Source of the DNA: an uncultured Pseudomonadota bacterium
GTDB lineage: Bacteria; Oederibacteriota; Muellerivitia; Muellerivitales; Muellerivitaceae
Direction: 5' to 3'
Length of the DNA stretch: 64,000 nt
Assembly (NCBI GenBank): GCA_963836235.1
Contig: CAWIIP010000005.1
Location: forward strand, 267,479 to 331,478
In this document: one piece after another, positions 23,862 to 34,617 of the stretch
Position numbering within the stretch: the first letter of the stretch is position 1
How the letters are laid out: each line of letters opens with the position of its first letter
Position numbers and translations under genes: made by a program
The notes under the pieces: generated by a model
The model's input: only the letters and a program-made list of their open reading frames with translations
What the model was told of the DNA's origin: nothing
The model's database searches: none

Positions 23862-26660
23862 TCAATGGGCCTCAAGCCAGCTTTTACCGACCCCTACATC
23901 CACCCTCAAGGGAACCTTCAGCTTCATGGCATTTTCCATCTCATAAACGATCATTTTCTTGGCCGCTTCCACCTCGTCTTTAGGCGCCTCAAAGACTAGT
24001 TCATCGTGGACTTGCAACAGCATGGCTGTCTCCATCTTCTTTTGCTTGAGTTTCTCGTGGAGCCGTACCATAGCCACTTTGATAAGGTCTGCCGCCGAAC
24101 CCTGGATAGGCGTGTTGACCGCCATATGTTCGCCCGTGATCTTTAGGCCGATATTGGTGGAATGAATCTCGGGTATAAGGCGCTTGCGGCCCAATAAGGT
24201 GGTGACGTAACCTTGTTTGCGAGCCAATTCCACCATCTCGGTGGTGAATTTCTGGATGCCAGGGTATTTGGCGAAATAATCCTCAATGAATTTTTTAGCT
24301 TCCATCATGGAAACCCCGTTTTCCCGCGCTAGGCGCATGGGCCCCATGCCGTAAATGACCCCGAAGTTGATGGTCTTGGCCTGGTTTCTCTGGGTTGCGG
24401 TCACCTTGTCCATGGGCGTCCCAAAAATCAGGGAGGCGGTGCGGCGGTGGACATCTTCGTCATTCTCGAAGGTCTCGATAAGATTCGGGTCCCCAGTGAT
24501 ATGGGCTAGGACACGAAGTTCGATTTGGGAATAGTCGGCGGAAATCAGCACATGCTTGGAATCCTCCGGCACAAAGGCACCCCGAATGCGGCGGCCGAAC
24601 TCGGAACGGATGGGGATGTTCTGCAAATTAGGGTCGGTGGAGGAAAGCCTTCCCGTGGCCGCCACGACCTGGCTATAGGAAGTGTGAATGCGGCCGTCCT
24701 TGGGACTCATCATCTCGGGTAGCACGTCCAGGTAGGTGTTCTTGAGCTTGGAAAGCATACGGAAATCCAGCACCATGTCGGCGATGGGCACGCCTTTTAA
24801 GGATTCCAGCACATCCACGTCGGTGGCGTAGCCGGTCTTGGTCTTTTTCACCCGGGTCCCCGCGATCTTCTGGACCTGCATCTTCTCGAAGAGGATCTTG
24901 CCCAATTGCAGGGGCGAGCCGATGGTGAATTCCTCTCCCGCTTCCTTGAAAATCTTTTTCGTGAGCTTCTTGAGCTCCACCCCGGCCTCGTCGGACAGGG
25001 TCTTGAGCAGCTTCTCGTCCACGCAGATACCCTTGCGTTCCATGTCCTCCAGGACCATCACCAGGGGCAGTTCCACCTCCTCATAAAGCTTTTCCAGGCC
25101 TTCCATTTTCAACCGGGGGGCGAAAAAAGCGTGGGTGCGGAAGGTGTAATCCGCATCCTCGCAGGCATATTGGGTGATGACCTCCAGGGGGACCTTATCC
25201 ATAGTGATTTGTTTTTTGCCGCTGCCAATCAGGGCCTCGGTGGGGATCTTGGTGTAGCCGAAGTGCTTGAGGGTCATGGCGTCCAGGTTGTGTTGGCGGC
25301 TGGAGGAATCCAGCAGGTAGCTTTCCACCATGGTATCGAAGGCGAAACCCTGGGGGTCAATGCCGTGGCTCCGGAAGACCGCCCAGTCGTACTTGCTGTT
25401 TTGCCCGCCCTTTTCGACTTTCGGATTTTCTAGGAAGGGTTTCAGTATCTTCAAAAGCTTTTCTTCCTTCAATTCCTGGTTGAAGGGGATGAAAACCGCT
25501 TCCTTCTCCTTCCAGGCCAGGGAGACACCGACGATATCCACCGTGAGGGCGTCTAGGCCCGTGGTCTCGGTGTCCACCGCTACCAGCCCCGCTTTCGTAG
25601 CCTCCGCCAGGGCCTGCTGGATTTCCTCCTCCGTCAGCAGGGAGCGGTACTTGTCCGAGACCATCTTGAAGGAGGCCTGGACCGGCGCTCCCTCGGGCGC
25701 TTCTTCTTTTTTTAGCCTTTTCTTTTTCTCTTTCGGCTTTTCCGGGCTTTCCAGCTTGAACTCTTCCGAGGAGCCCTTGGGGACTCCCGCGTATTCCTCG
25801 ATCTTGGACATCATGCGGTTGAATTCCAACTCCCGACAAAGCTCTTGGAGCTTTTTCAGGTCCGGCTTGCCGCAGACCATATCGCCGGGCTTGTCCGGGA
25901 TGCGCGCCTCGCAATCGATGGTTACCAGTTCCTTCGAGAGGTCGGCCATGGCCTTGTTCTTGAGGAGGGATTCCTTCAACTTGGGCTTTTGAATTTTTTC
26001 GACGTTCTTATAGATATTATCCAGGGTCCCATATTCCTGGATGAGGGTGGAGGCGGTTTTTTCGCCGATGCCTGGCACCCCGGGCACGTTGTCCGAGGAG
26101 TCTCCCATCAGGGACAGGACGTCGATGACCTGTTCGGGCTTCACTCCGAATTTCTCCAAGACGTCCTTCTCGTCCGCCATGGTCCAATCATCGGGCCATT
26201 TGGGTTTGTACATCTTCACGCCCGGCCCGATAAGCTGCATAAAATCCTTGTCGCCGGACACGATGACGCAGTCGATTTTTTCCTTTTGGGCCCGCTTGAC
26301 CATGGTACCGATCAAGTCATCCGCCTCATAGCCCGGCTTAACCAGGATGGGCAGATTCATAGCCTGGACCATCTTCTCGATATAAGGCCAGGACTTGGAT
26401 AGGTCCTCCGGCATTTCCTCGCGGTTGGCCTTGTATTCCTTATACAGTTTGTGACGGAAGGTCGGTTCCCGGGAGTCGAAAACCACGGCAAAATAATCAG
26501 GCTTCTGCTTTTCCATGATCATGAGCAGTGTATTCATGAAGCCGAAAACCGCCGAGGTATTAAGCCCCGAGGAGGTGATCCGAGGGTTCTTAATGAAGGC
26601 GAAATAGCCCCGATAAGCCACCGCCGCACCGTCCAACAGGAATAATCTTGGTTTAGGCAT
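23862..26660 (-). CDS. polA: DNA polymerase I
   Basis: 5'-3' exo (EADD, GDKD, GDSSDN), 3'-5' exo (VDTET), polymerase motifs DYSQIELR, KTINFG, QVHDEL. Confidence 0.98.
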   Translation of the reverse strand: MPKPRLFLLDGAAVAYRGYFAFIKNPRITSSGLNTSAVFGFMNTLLMIMEKQKPDYFAVVFDSREPTFRHKLYKEYKANREEMPEDLSKSWPYIEKMVQAMNLPILVKPGYEADDLIGTMVKRAQKEKIDCVIVSGDKDFMQLIGPGVKMYKPKWPDDWTMADEKDVLEKFGVKPEQVIDVLSLMGDSSDNVPGVPGIGEKTASTLIQEYGTLDNIYKNVEKIQKPKLKESLLKNKAMADLSKELVTIDCEARIPDKPGDMVCGKPDLKKLQELCRELEFNRMMSKIEEYAGVPKGSSEEFKLESPEKPKEKKKRLKKEEAPEGAPVQASFKMVSDKYRSLLTEEEIQQALAEATKAGLVAVDTETTGLDALTVDIVGVSLAWKEKEAVFIPFNQELKEEKLLKILKPFLENPKVEKGGQNSKYDWAVFRSHGIDPQGFAFDTMVESYLLDSSSRQHNLDAMTLKHFGYTKIPTEALIGSGKKQITMDKVPLEVITQYACEDADYTFRTHAFFAPRLKMEGLEKLYEEVELPLVMVLEDMERKGICVDEKLLKTLSDEAGVELKKLTKKIFKEAGEEFTIGSPLQLGKILFEKMQVQKIAGTRVKKTKTGYATDVDVLESLKGVPIADMVLDFRMLSKLKNTYLDVLPEMMSPKDGRIHTSYSQVVAATGRLSSTDPNLQNIPIRSEFGRRIRGAFVPEDSKHVLISADYSQIELRVLAHITGDPNLIETFENDEDVHRRTASLIFGTPMDKVTATQRNQAKTINFGVIYGMGPMRLARENGVSMMEAKKFIEDYFAKYPGIQKFTTEMVELARKQGYVTTLLGRKRLIPEIHSTNIGLKITGEHMAVNTPIQGSAADLIKVAMVRLHEKLKQKKMETAMLLQVHDELVFEAPKDEVEAAKKMIVYEMENAMKLKVPLRVDVGVGKSWLEAH

Positions 26661-27228
26661 TTTTCACCTCTGGTTTTTTCCTCGAAAAAGGCACTGAATA
26701 AATCAATCGAACAGGCTTGATGCGGGCGAAAGGGTTGAATTCGATTAAAGCCAGCCGGTTGTAATGTCCTTGAATAGAAAAGCCCTTTCTTCGGAGTAAT
26801 TCCATTCCTTTGGCTAACCTTCCGGCGGCCAAATGGATGGACAGCGTGCAATGGGGTACCCAACTGTCGGGGAAATAATAAACCCAATTGCCTTCAATAA
26901 CCTTATCAATGGCTTTGTGGAGCCGGGTATGGATTTCCAAGAGACGCGGGGTCACTACTGGGGCCAGGAAAAGCGCTCCTTCTTTACCGGGAAAGGTTCC
27001 CAGGCTGGAAAGACGAAATGGCACCGAAAAAAAACGGGAAGCCAAATTTTTAAGCACGGAATGAAGAAGCTGGGGATTATATTGCTCGAAAACCGCCAGG
27101 CTGACATGGGGGGTGGAACCAAGCTTGGAAAAAATCGTGGGTATCTTTTCTTTTTCCAAAAGCTGACCCAATTTCTGGACTGCCAAATCGGATTTGGTGT
27201 CGAAAAAAAGCTCGATGGCAAAGGGCAT
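26653..27228 (-). CDS. 2H phosphoesterase (2'-5' RNA ligase family)
   Basis: Two HxS/T motifs: PHVSL and PHCTL. Confidence 0.85.
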   Translation of the reverse strand: MPFAIELFFDTKSDLAVQKLGQLLEKEKIPTIFSKLGSTPHVSLAVFEQYNPQLLHSVLKNLASRFFSVPFRLSSLGTFPGKEGALFLAPVVTPRLLEIHTRLHKAIDKVIEGNWVYYFPDSWVPHCTLSIHLAAGRLAKGMELLRRKGFSIQGHYNRLALIEFNPFARIKPVRLIYSVPFSRKKPEVKNA

Positions 27229-27250
27229 GGCCCGCCTCAAAAGGAAAGAA

Positions 27251-27293
27251 TAAAAATAAAAAAGCCCCCTCCCATTTCATGGAAGAGGGCTTT
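27251..27293 (-). terminator. Intrinsic terminator
   Basis: A-tract, then AAAGCCCCCTCCCA...TGGAAGAGGGCTTT. Confidence 0.65.
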
Positions 27294-27331
27294 ACTTTAC
27301 CAACGGATAACGTTTTTAAGATATGGTAAAG

Positions 27332-27616
27332 TTAAACTGGAATTCCGTATTTCTTCTTGGCTTCCGGGGTCATGTTTTCGATGTCTTCCATCAACAAGCG
27401 GGCCCGGGTCCCTTTTACGCGCTTGAGCTCGGCGTCCAGGGTGCCTTTCAAGCGACCCCGAAGCATGTCGGCCAATTTTCTTGGAGCGTAAACATACACG
27501 TCCACTCCATCGTCTTTATAACTGGAATAATCGTTACGAATTACGGCTTGAGGCGCAAGTCGCTTCACTTCCGTTTCCAGTTTCTTTGCCAATTGTTCCG
27601 CCGCGGTTTGTGTCAC
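27332..27616 (-). CDS. Hypothetical protein (94 aa)
   Basis: Strong SD GAGGAGG before GTG; own terminator. Confidence 0.75.
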   Translation of the reverse strand: MTQTAAEQLAKKLETEVKRLAPQAVIRNDYSSYKDDGVDVYVYAPRKLADMLRGRLKGTLDAELKRVKGTRARLLMEDIENMTPEAKKKYGIPV

Positions 27617-27701
27617 GGTTGGTTCCTCCTCGGTTAATCACGGGAGCCGCGCCCCCGCCTTTCAGCTTTCTAAAACTAATTTATCATATCCACAAAAGTT
27701 G

Positions 27702-28562
27702 TCAACGATACCCGGCCTTCCGGAATAAATTCAAAATCCGGTCCAAGTCGTCGAGCGAATAATATTCAAAACAAACCGTCCCCTTCTGTCGGCCTTGCGT
27801 TTTAATCGTCACCTTCGTGCCCAGCCAGTTGCGCAGGTTCTCTTCCAGCTTGGCGACATTGGCGTCTTTGCCCTTTCCACCCGGCTTCATTTTTTTCGTC
27901 GTTCCCTTTTGTTCTTGAAGCCATTTTTCCACATCACGAACGTTGAACCGTTGGCGCACGATCCGCTCAGCCCACTTATATTGCTCCTGGGGTGTCGGGA
28001 GGGAAGCCAAAACGCGGGCGTGTCCGGCCGAAAGCTCCCCGGAAGCCAACATAGCCTTGACCTCGGGCGAAAGCTTTAGGAGACGCATAGCGTTGGCTAC
28101 CGTGGCGCGATCCTTCCCCACCTTTTGGGCAATCTGTTCTTGGGTCATGTTGAACTCTTCTTGCAATCGGCGGTAGCCTTCCGCCTCTTCCAAGGGGGAC
28201 AAGTCGGCCCGTTGGAGGTTCTCGATCAGGGCCAATTCCAGGGATTCCACGTCCGAAGCCTGGATCTCGACGACAGGCATGGTCAGCATTCCCAGCTTTT
28301 GCGCGGCCCGGTAGCGACGCTCACCGGCGATAATTTCCCAGATTTCACCTTTTTTGCGGACGACAATGGGTTGCAGGATGCCTCTTTCCTTAACCGATTG
28401 AACCAATTCTTGCAGGTCCTCAGGCCGGAACACCTTGCGGGGCTGAAAAGGATTGGGTTTGATGCGGGAAACCGGAACTTGCTGTGCCGATCCCTTTTTC
28501 TCTTCGATGAGACGTTTAGGGATAAGGGCTTCCAGTCCTCGGCCGAGGGCTTTTTTAGCCAT
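27702..28562 (-). CDS. parB: ParB/Spo0J partition protein
   Basis: LGRGLEAL, QPR, IAGERRYRA, ENLQR, HTH. Confidence 0.97.
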   Translation of the reverse strand: MAKKALGRGLEALIPKRLIEEKKGSAQQVPVSRIKPNPFQPRKVFRPEDLQELVQSVKERGILQPIVVRKKGEIWEIIAGERRYRAAQKLGMLTMPVVEIQASDVESLELALIENLQRADLSPLEEAEGYRRLQEEFNMTQEQIAQKVGKDRATVANAMRLLKLSPEVKAMLASGELSAGHARVLASLPTPQEQYKWAERIVRQRFNVRDVEKWLQEQKGTTKKMKPGGKGKDANVAKLEENLRNWLGTKVTIKTQGRQKGTVCFEYYSLDDLDRILNLFRKAGYR

Positions 28563-29316
28563 GGGTGACGATCTCCTTGGTTAGGTTTAAATAGGCTTGG
28601 GCTCCGCTGGAGCGGATGTCATAAAGGATAATAGGCTTCCCGAAGGATGGCGATTCGGACAGCTGAACGTTCCTGGGAATGACCGTATTGTACACTTTTT
28701 CCCCGAAAAACTTACGGACTTCCTCGGCCACCTGGGTGGAGAGGCGGGTGCGCGAATCGTGCATGGTCAAAAGAGCCCCCTCTATTTCCAACTTGGGATT
28801 AAAGCTTTCTCGCACCCGGTCCACCGTTTCCATCAGCGAACTCAAGCCCTCCAAGGCGTAATATTCGCTTTGCACGGGAATCAATACCGAATGTGCCGCG
28901 GTCAAGGCGTTGAGGGTCAGGAACCCTAGGGAAGGCGGGCAATCGATCAGGATATAGTGGAAATCATTCGCCACTTCCGTCAGGGCCTTCTTGAGCCGGG
29001 TTTCTCTTTCTTCCAAGTTGACCAACTCCACCTCGGCCCCGGTTAAGTGGCCATTAGAAGGTAGACAAAAAAGTTTTTTCAATTCGGTAGGGCGGATAGC
29101 TTCCAGGATGCCCGCTTCTCCCATCAACACCTGATAAATATTTGGATCGCATTCATTTTTATTGAGACCCACCCCGCTGGTGGAGTTTCCCTGAGGGTCC
29201 ATATCCACCAGGAGGGTTTTTTTTTCGATGGCAGCCAGACAGGAGGCCAGATTGACGGTGGTGGTGGTCTTGCCAACTCCGCCCTTTTGGTTGGTGATAC
29301 AGATAATCCGTGCCAT
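28555..29316 (-). CDS. parA: ParA/Soj ATPase
   Basis: NQKGGVGKTTT, DPQGN, DCPPSLG, EYYALEG. Confidence 0.97.
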   Translation of the reverse strand: MARIICITNQKGGVGKTTTTVNLASCLAAIEKKTLLVDMDPQGNSTSGVGLNKNECDPNIYQVLMGEAGILEAIRPTELKKLFCLPSNGHLTGAEVELVNLEERETRLKKALTEVANDFHYILIDCPPSLGFLTLNALTAAHSVLIPVQSEYYALEGLSSLMETVDRVRESFNPKLEIEGALLTMHDSRTRLSTQVAEEVRKFFGEKVYNTVIPRNVQLSESPSFGKPIILYDIRSSGAQAYLNLTKEIVTHG

Positions 29317-29406
29317 TTTAATCCTTTAAAATATCGCGACCTGTTGAAGCATCCAAGCTTTTCGCCATTATGGGCGGACTTGGTGCCTTACGTGGTTGAA
29401 CCGTCG

Positions 29407-30177
29407 TTATTTTTTACTCTTCGTTTCTTCTTTTTTTAGTCGATCAAAAAACTTTCGGGTATTTTTCAAATTTTGGGATGCCTTTTGATACTGGGGATCC
29501 AGGGAACAGGCCGCCTCAAACTCTTTCAGTCCCTTTTCATACTTTTTTGTCTGATTGAAGACTACCCCCAAATTATTGTGGGCGACGGCGTTTTCCGGAT
29601 CGGCCTCAACGGCCTTTCTCAACAGGGTTTCCGCCTCAGGCCATTTTTGCATCTGGATGTAAACCAAGCCGAGGTTATTATAAACCCAGGCCGAATCCTC
29701 CTCATAGGTCAAAGCTTTCTCGTAATTCTTTACCGCCGACTGATAATCGCCCTTGTCAAAATAAACCATACCCAAAATGTTGTAGACGCTGCCCGCTTCC
29801 GGGTCCAGTTTTTTGGCTTCCAACGCCGAAGCGAGAGCCTGGTCAAACAGGCCTTTAGATTGGTAAAGCCGGGCGAGAGTGGCGAAAGCGTTGGCATTGT
29901 GGGGATCCAAATTTACCGCGCCTTCCAGTTCCCCGATGGCGTCATCCGTCCTTTTGGCATCTTTAAAAATCCGGCCCAACAAAAGATGGACTTTCGCGTC
30001 GGAAGGATTTTGGGTCCTCAGGAAAATCAGCATCTTTTCCGATTTCTCCGGCTGTCCCTCATCGTAAAGTTTCTGGGCCTCCGGAAAACTTCCAGGAACT
30101 TCAGCGGAAGAAGACGGAACGGAATTACAGGCAGGGGCTATCAAGGCCAATAGACAGAGGGCTATAAGAAACTTCAT
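29407..30177 (-). CDS. TPR-repeat lipoprotein
   Basis: Lipobox APAC; repeated YNNLG TPR units. Confidence 0.9.
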   Translation of the reverse strand: MKFLIALCLLALIAPACNSVPSSSAEVPGSFPEAQKLYDEGQPEKSEKMLIFLRTQNPSDAKVHLLLGRIFKDAKRTDDAIGELEGAVNLDPHNANAFATLARLYQSKGLFDQALASALEAKKLDPEAGSVYNILGMVYFDKGDYQSAVKNYEKALTYEEDSAWVYNNLGLVYIQMQKWPEAETLLRKAVEADPENAVAHNNLGVVFNQTKKYEKGLKEFEAACSLDPQYQKASQNLKNTRKFFDRLKKEETKSKK

Positions 30178-30249
30178 CGAACCAAAAGAGAATAGGATGA
30201 CCATGGGGGCGTCACTATACCATCCGGTTTTTCGACCGTCCATGCGCTA

Positions 30250-31233
30250 TTACTTCGTGGGCGATTTACCCGGAGATGAAAATCCTTTTAACTCGATGGG
30301 TTTTACCATGAAGCAAAGAAGGCCAAACAAACTGAAAAGAATGACCCCTATCAATAGAAGCAGAAGCGAATAAGCCATGGCTTGGTCTTTACCAATGGAA
30401 ATAAGGCCGAAAAGAAAGATTAGCGCGGCTTCTCGGGTGCCCATACCCAAAAAGGTCAAAAGTGACACGATATTCACGACGGAAATACAAAAAGAAAGAT
30501 AAAGGATATTGACCGGAAGAACGATGGCCAGGGCGATACAGTAACATCCTCCAAAGAAAAAAATGTAGGAAAGAAGCGAAAGAAAAATCGGAATCAGGAG
30601 GGCGGGTTTGTAAAAAGCCTCCATCCCTTTATGGAAATCCTCGAAAAGTTCGTCCATCTTGTCTCGGTGTTCCTGTTTCATCAGGCGTTGGAAAGCCGCT
30701 TTCAATAAAATCCCACCGATTTTTTTGTTAAAGGCCAATAAGGTAACAGCCACTAGGAGGACGAAAAAAACTTTGACGGCCAATATCATTTTGAGGGAAG
30801 CCGGGTCGGTGGGCATGGGGTTCATCAAGATGCCCAACCCTCCAAGAACGAGCAGAAGGTATAAATCAAAGACCCGATCTACCAGAACACTGGTGATACC
30901 CCTGCCGGTGGACAATTTCAAATCCTGCTTCAGGTAAAAAACCTTCGCGAAATCGCCCGCCCGTCCGGGAGTCAGGTTCCCCAAATAAAGAGTCGCCATA
31001 TAGATAAGAAAACTATCCCAAACCGGATAGGAAAAGCCCTGCATTTTTAACAAATAGCTCCAGCGAACTCCCTTCAAATAAACCATGATGATAAAGGCCA
31101 AAAGAGCCAACAAGAGCAGGCGCCAATCGGCGGCCCGAAGCATGGATAAGGTATCGGCCAGGCTGATCTTCCAAAGCCGGAAAATAAGCGCAAACAGCAG
31201 TATGCCGATAACAATCGGAAGATAGCGCTTCAT
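30250..31233 (-). CDS. LPG-synthase-TM / UPF0104 flippase-like membrane protein
   Basis: RW..LL, TPGRAGDFAK, DRVFD, GMGTRE motifs. Confidence 0.88.
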   Translation of the reverse strand: MKRYLPIVIGILLFALIFRLWKISLADTLSMLRAADWRLLLLALLAFIIMVYLKGVRWSYLLKMQGFSYPVWDSFLIYMATLYLGNLTPGRAGDFAKVFYLKQDLKLSTGRGITSVLVDRVFDLYLLLVLGGLGILMNPMPTDPASLKMILAVKVFFVLLVAVTLLAFNKKIGGILLKAAFQRLMKQEHRDKMDELFEDFHKGMEAFYKPALLIPIFLSLLSYIFFFGGCYCIALAIVLPVNILYLSFCISVVNIVSLLTFLGMGTREAALIFLFGLISIGKDQAMAYSLLLLLIGVILFSLFGLLCFMVKPIELKGFSSPGKSPTK

Positions 31234-31280
31234 AAAAGAAAAGTTTCCTTAAAAAACGGAATAGTACGGAACGGAAAAGA

Positions 31281-32699
31281 TTATATACGAAGCATCCTTA
31301 AGCCCACCTTCGCCTTGCGGTAAAAATCAATCGGCGAGTGGGTAAAGGACATATTTTTCATGACCATTTTGGGCCTTAAGTAAAAGGACTTATAGGCGAA
31401 CTTCAGCAGGTCGATCAGCTCGTCCCGGTCCATGAATTCCTCCCAAAGCTTGGGTTTGAACTCGGGAGTAGGGTTTTTGGCAAACTCGGCCCAGTAATCA
31501 TGGTCGAACCGGCCCTCTTCCAGGGCCTTATAATAAATGGCGGTCGCCGGGAAAGGAGTCAAAACTGAGAAGTGGACAAAATCCGGGTCTAATTCCTTGG
31601 CAAAGTCGATGGTGTTCAGTGCCATTTCACGGGTCTCCCCTGGATTGCCGATCATGAAATAGGCCAGGGTCTTCATGCCGTGCTTCCGGGTGGCCTTGAA
31701 TATTTTCCGCACCTGATCCAGGTCCAAGTCCTTAAGGAGGGTTTCCAGTACCTCCGCGTTGCCCGACTCCACACCATAATGGATGCGGTCGCAGCCAGCC
31801 GAAGCCAATTCGGCCAGCATTTCTTCGTCCATTCGGTCTGCACGGGCCCTTATGTCAAAAGCGATTTCCAACTTACGCCGCTTGATTTCGCCGCAAATAT
31901 CAAAAACTCGCTTGCGGTTCACGTTAAAAGTATCGTCATAAATGAAAAACTCTCGGATGCCGAGTTTCAGGCAGGCTTCCATTTCATTGACCACGGCATC
32001 GGCCGAATGGCTGCGAAAGCGGCGGCCCATGGTAGGTCGGTCACAGAAAAGACACCGGTAGGGACAGCCTCGGCTAGTGAACATAGTCGTGATAGGATTA
32101 TGCTTAGCAATAAGGGAATAATATTTATGGACCGGCGTTAATTCGCGGGCCGGATAGGGCAAAGCGTCCAAATCTTCCACCGGTGGGGCAGGGGGATTGT
32201 CCTTGATCTGTCCCGTAGCAGGGTCTCGATAAGCCAGTCCAAAAACCTTCTCGAATCCCATCAAGCCTTCTAACGCGGATAAAAGCTGGGTAAAGGCCAG
32301 TTCTCCCTCACCCTTGATGGCAAAATCCACTTCGGGCATCGCCAAGGTTTCGCGGGCAAAGATATGCACATGGGGCCCGCCCATGACTACCTTACAGGCG
32401 GGATTGGCTTTTTTGGCGGCCTGGGCCACCATGCGGGCGTCGATGATGGTAAAGGTGAGCGCTTGAATTCCCACCACATCCGGATTCACTGCGCGGATAC
32501 GGTCTACGATTTCTTCCTGGGAGACTTCCTCCACTTGGCAGTCCAAAACATAGATTTCGTGGGTGGTCTTGGCCTTGGCGTATCCGGCGACGTAGAGAAG
32601 GCCTAAGGGCGGGTTATAACCGCGTTCTTCGTCGACCACTGACGGGATATTGGTGGTAATCATATTCTCGGAAGGTGGATTGATGAACAAAACTTTCAT
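31281..32699 (-). CDS. Cobalamin-binding radical SAM enzyme
   Basis: PPLGLLY, GGPH, SRGCPYRCLFC, YGVESG, FMIGNPGE. Confidence 0.93.
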   Translation of the reverse strand: MKVLFINPPSENMITTNIPSVVDEERGYNPPLGLLYVAGYAKAKTTHEIYVLDCQVEEVSQEEIVDRIRAVNPDVVGIQALTFTIIDARMVAQAAKKANPACKVVMGGPHVHIFARETLAMPEVDFAIKGEGELAFTQLLSALEGLMGFEKVFGLAYRDPATGQIKDNPPAPPVEDLDALPYPARELTPVHKYYSLIAKHNPITTMFTSRGCPYRCLFCDRPTMGRRFRSHSADAVVNEMEACLKLGIREFFIYDDTFNVNRKRVFDICGEIKRRKLEIAFDIRARADRMDEEMLAELASAGCDRIHYGVESGNAEVLETLLKDLDLDQVRKIFKATRKHGMKTLAYFMIGNPGETREMALNTIDFAKELDPDFVHFSVLTPFPATAIYYKALEEGRFDHDYWAEFAKNPTPEFKPKLWEEFMDRDELIDLLKFAYKSFYLRPKMVMKNMSFTHSPIDFYRKAKVGLRMLRI

Positions 32700-32702
32700 G
32701 GA

Positions 32703-33563
32703 TTATCTTCCTCGTTTCACCAGTAGGTCCGCCAAAAGTCCCAAAGCGGCGACCTGAAGTCCCGCCACCAGGAGAAAGAGGGTTTCGCCGTTCCAAGCCT
32801 GCCCCTGGAGCCGGGAGGTGATTCCTGACACCACACCACCCACAAATATGATACCGCTTAAAGGTATGAAAATCTTTAAAGGCTTGAAATACATCACCAC
32901 TCTTAAAACGAGCGAAAAGAAGTTGACCGTGTCCTGAAATGGCCTAATTTTTGAGCTGCCAATCCGAACAGCATATTCGATGGGATGGTACTTGACAACA
33001 TAGCCGTGACATTCCAAAGCTAGGGTGATGGTGGTCGTGAAGGAAAATCCGTTCGGGAACAATCCCTCATAACGGGCCGCAATGTTTCTTTTAAAAACTC
33101 GCAATCCTGAATTTAAATCAGGTATTTTCCGGTCCGCAAGATAATTGGCCCATTTCCCCAGGAGCCATTTGGGAAACCGTCGCAGCCCAGGAATCGCCGC
33201 GTTGGGTTTGGTGCGCGCCCCGACGGCCATGTCCGATGTCTCTACCAGCCTTATCAGTTCGGGAAGTTCTTCCGGAGGATAGGTACCGTCGGCGTCCAGC
33301 ATGGCAATCAGGTTGTACCGAGCCTGGCGCATTCCCGCCTTGAGGGAAGCCCCATAACCCCGGTTCTCTCCCATCGAAATCACCCGGGCCCCGGCCTGCC
33401 TGGCTTTCAATCCTGTCTGGTCTCTGCTTCCATCGTCCACAACAAGTAATTCAAAAGGAATTCTCGCGCGATGAAGAACTTGCCGCACCTTCCGGACCAC
33501 TTCCCCGACAGCCCTTTCCTCATTGAAAGCGGGAATAATCACCGTCACGGCCTCCCTTTTCAT
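32703..33563 (-). CDS. GT2 glycosyltransferase (polyprenol-phosphate sugar synthase-like)
   Basis: IPAFNEE, DDGS.D, DADG, DLNSG, two C-terminal TMs. Confidence 0.92.
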   Translation of the reverse strand: MKREAVTVIIPAFNEERAVGEVVRKVRQVLHRARIPFELLVVDDGSRDQTGLKARQAGARVISMGENRGYGASLKAGMRQARYNLIAMLDADGTYPPEELPELIRLVETSDMAVGARTKPNAAIPGLRRFPKWLLGKWANYLADRKIPDLNSGLRVFKRNIAARYEGLFPNGFSFTTTITLALECHGYVVKYHPIEYAVRIGSSKIRPFQDTVNFFSLVLRVVMYFKPLKIFIPLSGIIFVGGVVSGITSRLQGQAWNGETLFLLVAGLQVAALGLLADLLVKRGR

Positions 33564-33913
33564 TTCAAGTCCACCTTCATTTCCGTGTAATGGGGTTTTT
33601 CATGCGGTGAATAAACCATCACTCGGACGGTATAACTGCCCGGCTGGACCCAGGGGGAGAAGGGGATAGCCCCGTAAAAATACCATATCCCTTTTTCTGC
33701 ATTCTTCCGAAAAACCAATTCCGGGCTTCCCATGACCAGGACCGTCCCGATGACTTTTTCCGCTTCCAGGGGAGCGTTGACTTCAGCCAGGGCTGGCTGG
33801 CCGCGCAAGAGTGGGAGAGGCGTGATTTGCAATTGAAGGGAATCGTCCCTCAAACCAATGGAAGCGCATCCCGTCAGGAGAAAAAGAAAAACCAAGGAAA
33901 GAAAAGGTCGCAC
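33560..33913 (-). CDS. Small lipoprotein (beta-rich)
   Basis: Lipobox LTGC; ATGA overlap with the GT2 gene. Confidence 0.75.
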   Translation of the reverse strand: MRPFLSLVFLFLLTGCASIGLRDDSLQLQITPLPLLRGQPALAEVNAPLEAEKVIGTVLVMGSPELVFRKNAEKGIWYFYGAIPFSPWVQPGSYTVRVMVYSPHEKPHYTEMKVDLK

Positions 33914-34001
33914 GGAAATTCCTTAATGAATATGGATTGAATGAAACCGGGGACAACCGGGTGAGAAGATGCGAAGCCTGCGGCTGGGTCTTCGGGTTAT
34001 T

Positions 34002-34592
34002 TCATTTCCCGGCAGGCGCTGCATTACGGGCTTCCGAAGCGGCGGTAGCGTTGGCAACCCTCGCGGCATCCCGTTTAGTTCTGATTTCCTTGGCCTTTTC
34101 CATCATCTGCTTCTTGGCCCTTTTTTCTCTGTATTCTTCCCTAGCGTCCCGGAAGGCGAAGCTATTGGCTTTCAATAGCATGGTTTCCGTCAAGTAGGTC
34201 CCAACCCCAAAATTAACGAAAGCGGGCAAAATGACTGACAAGGCTACCAACAATAACAGCCAAAGGCTGCTTGCCACCTGGGGATATCCCAGCAGGGGCT
34301 TTTCCTGTAATCCCGTGTAGACCACCAAGCTCATTAAGGCCACGATAATAAAAAGAAAGAAACCCAGAAGCCGGAAGGTGGAACGAATTTTTTCAAAGGT
34401 CCTCTCCAAATCCTCGGCAAAATCGGAAATGGATTCCCCGGTTTGCTCGATGGTTTCTTTCCAGCGGTCGTCCCAAAGCAATATTTTACGGCGAAGGATG
34501 ACACCGAATACCACGATCACAAAAGTGATGGACGAAGTTAAGAGGGTTAAAAGAATAAAACCCAAGGCCGCTCCTACCGAGTGATCATGCAT
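34002..34592 (-). CDS. Membrane hypothetical protein
   Basis: Three TM segments, charged helical tail, SD AGGA. Confidence 0.75.
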   Translation of the reverse strand: MHDHSVGAALGFILLTLLTSSITFVIVVFGVILRRKILLWDDRWKETIEQTGESISDFAEDLERTFEKIRSTFRLLGFFLFIIVALMSLVVYTGLQEKPLLGYPQVASSLWLLLLVALSVILPAFVNFGVGTYLTETMLLKANSFAFRDAREEYREKRAKKQMMEKAKEIRTKRDAARVANATAASEARNAAPAGK

Positions 34593-34617
34593 GTCTTCAT
34601 CCTTTCAAATTAAGTTA

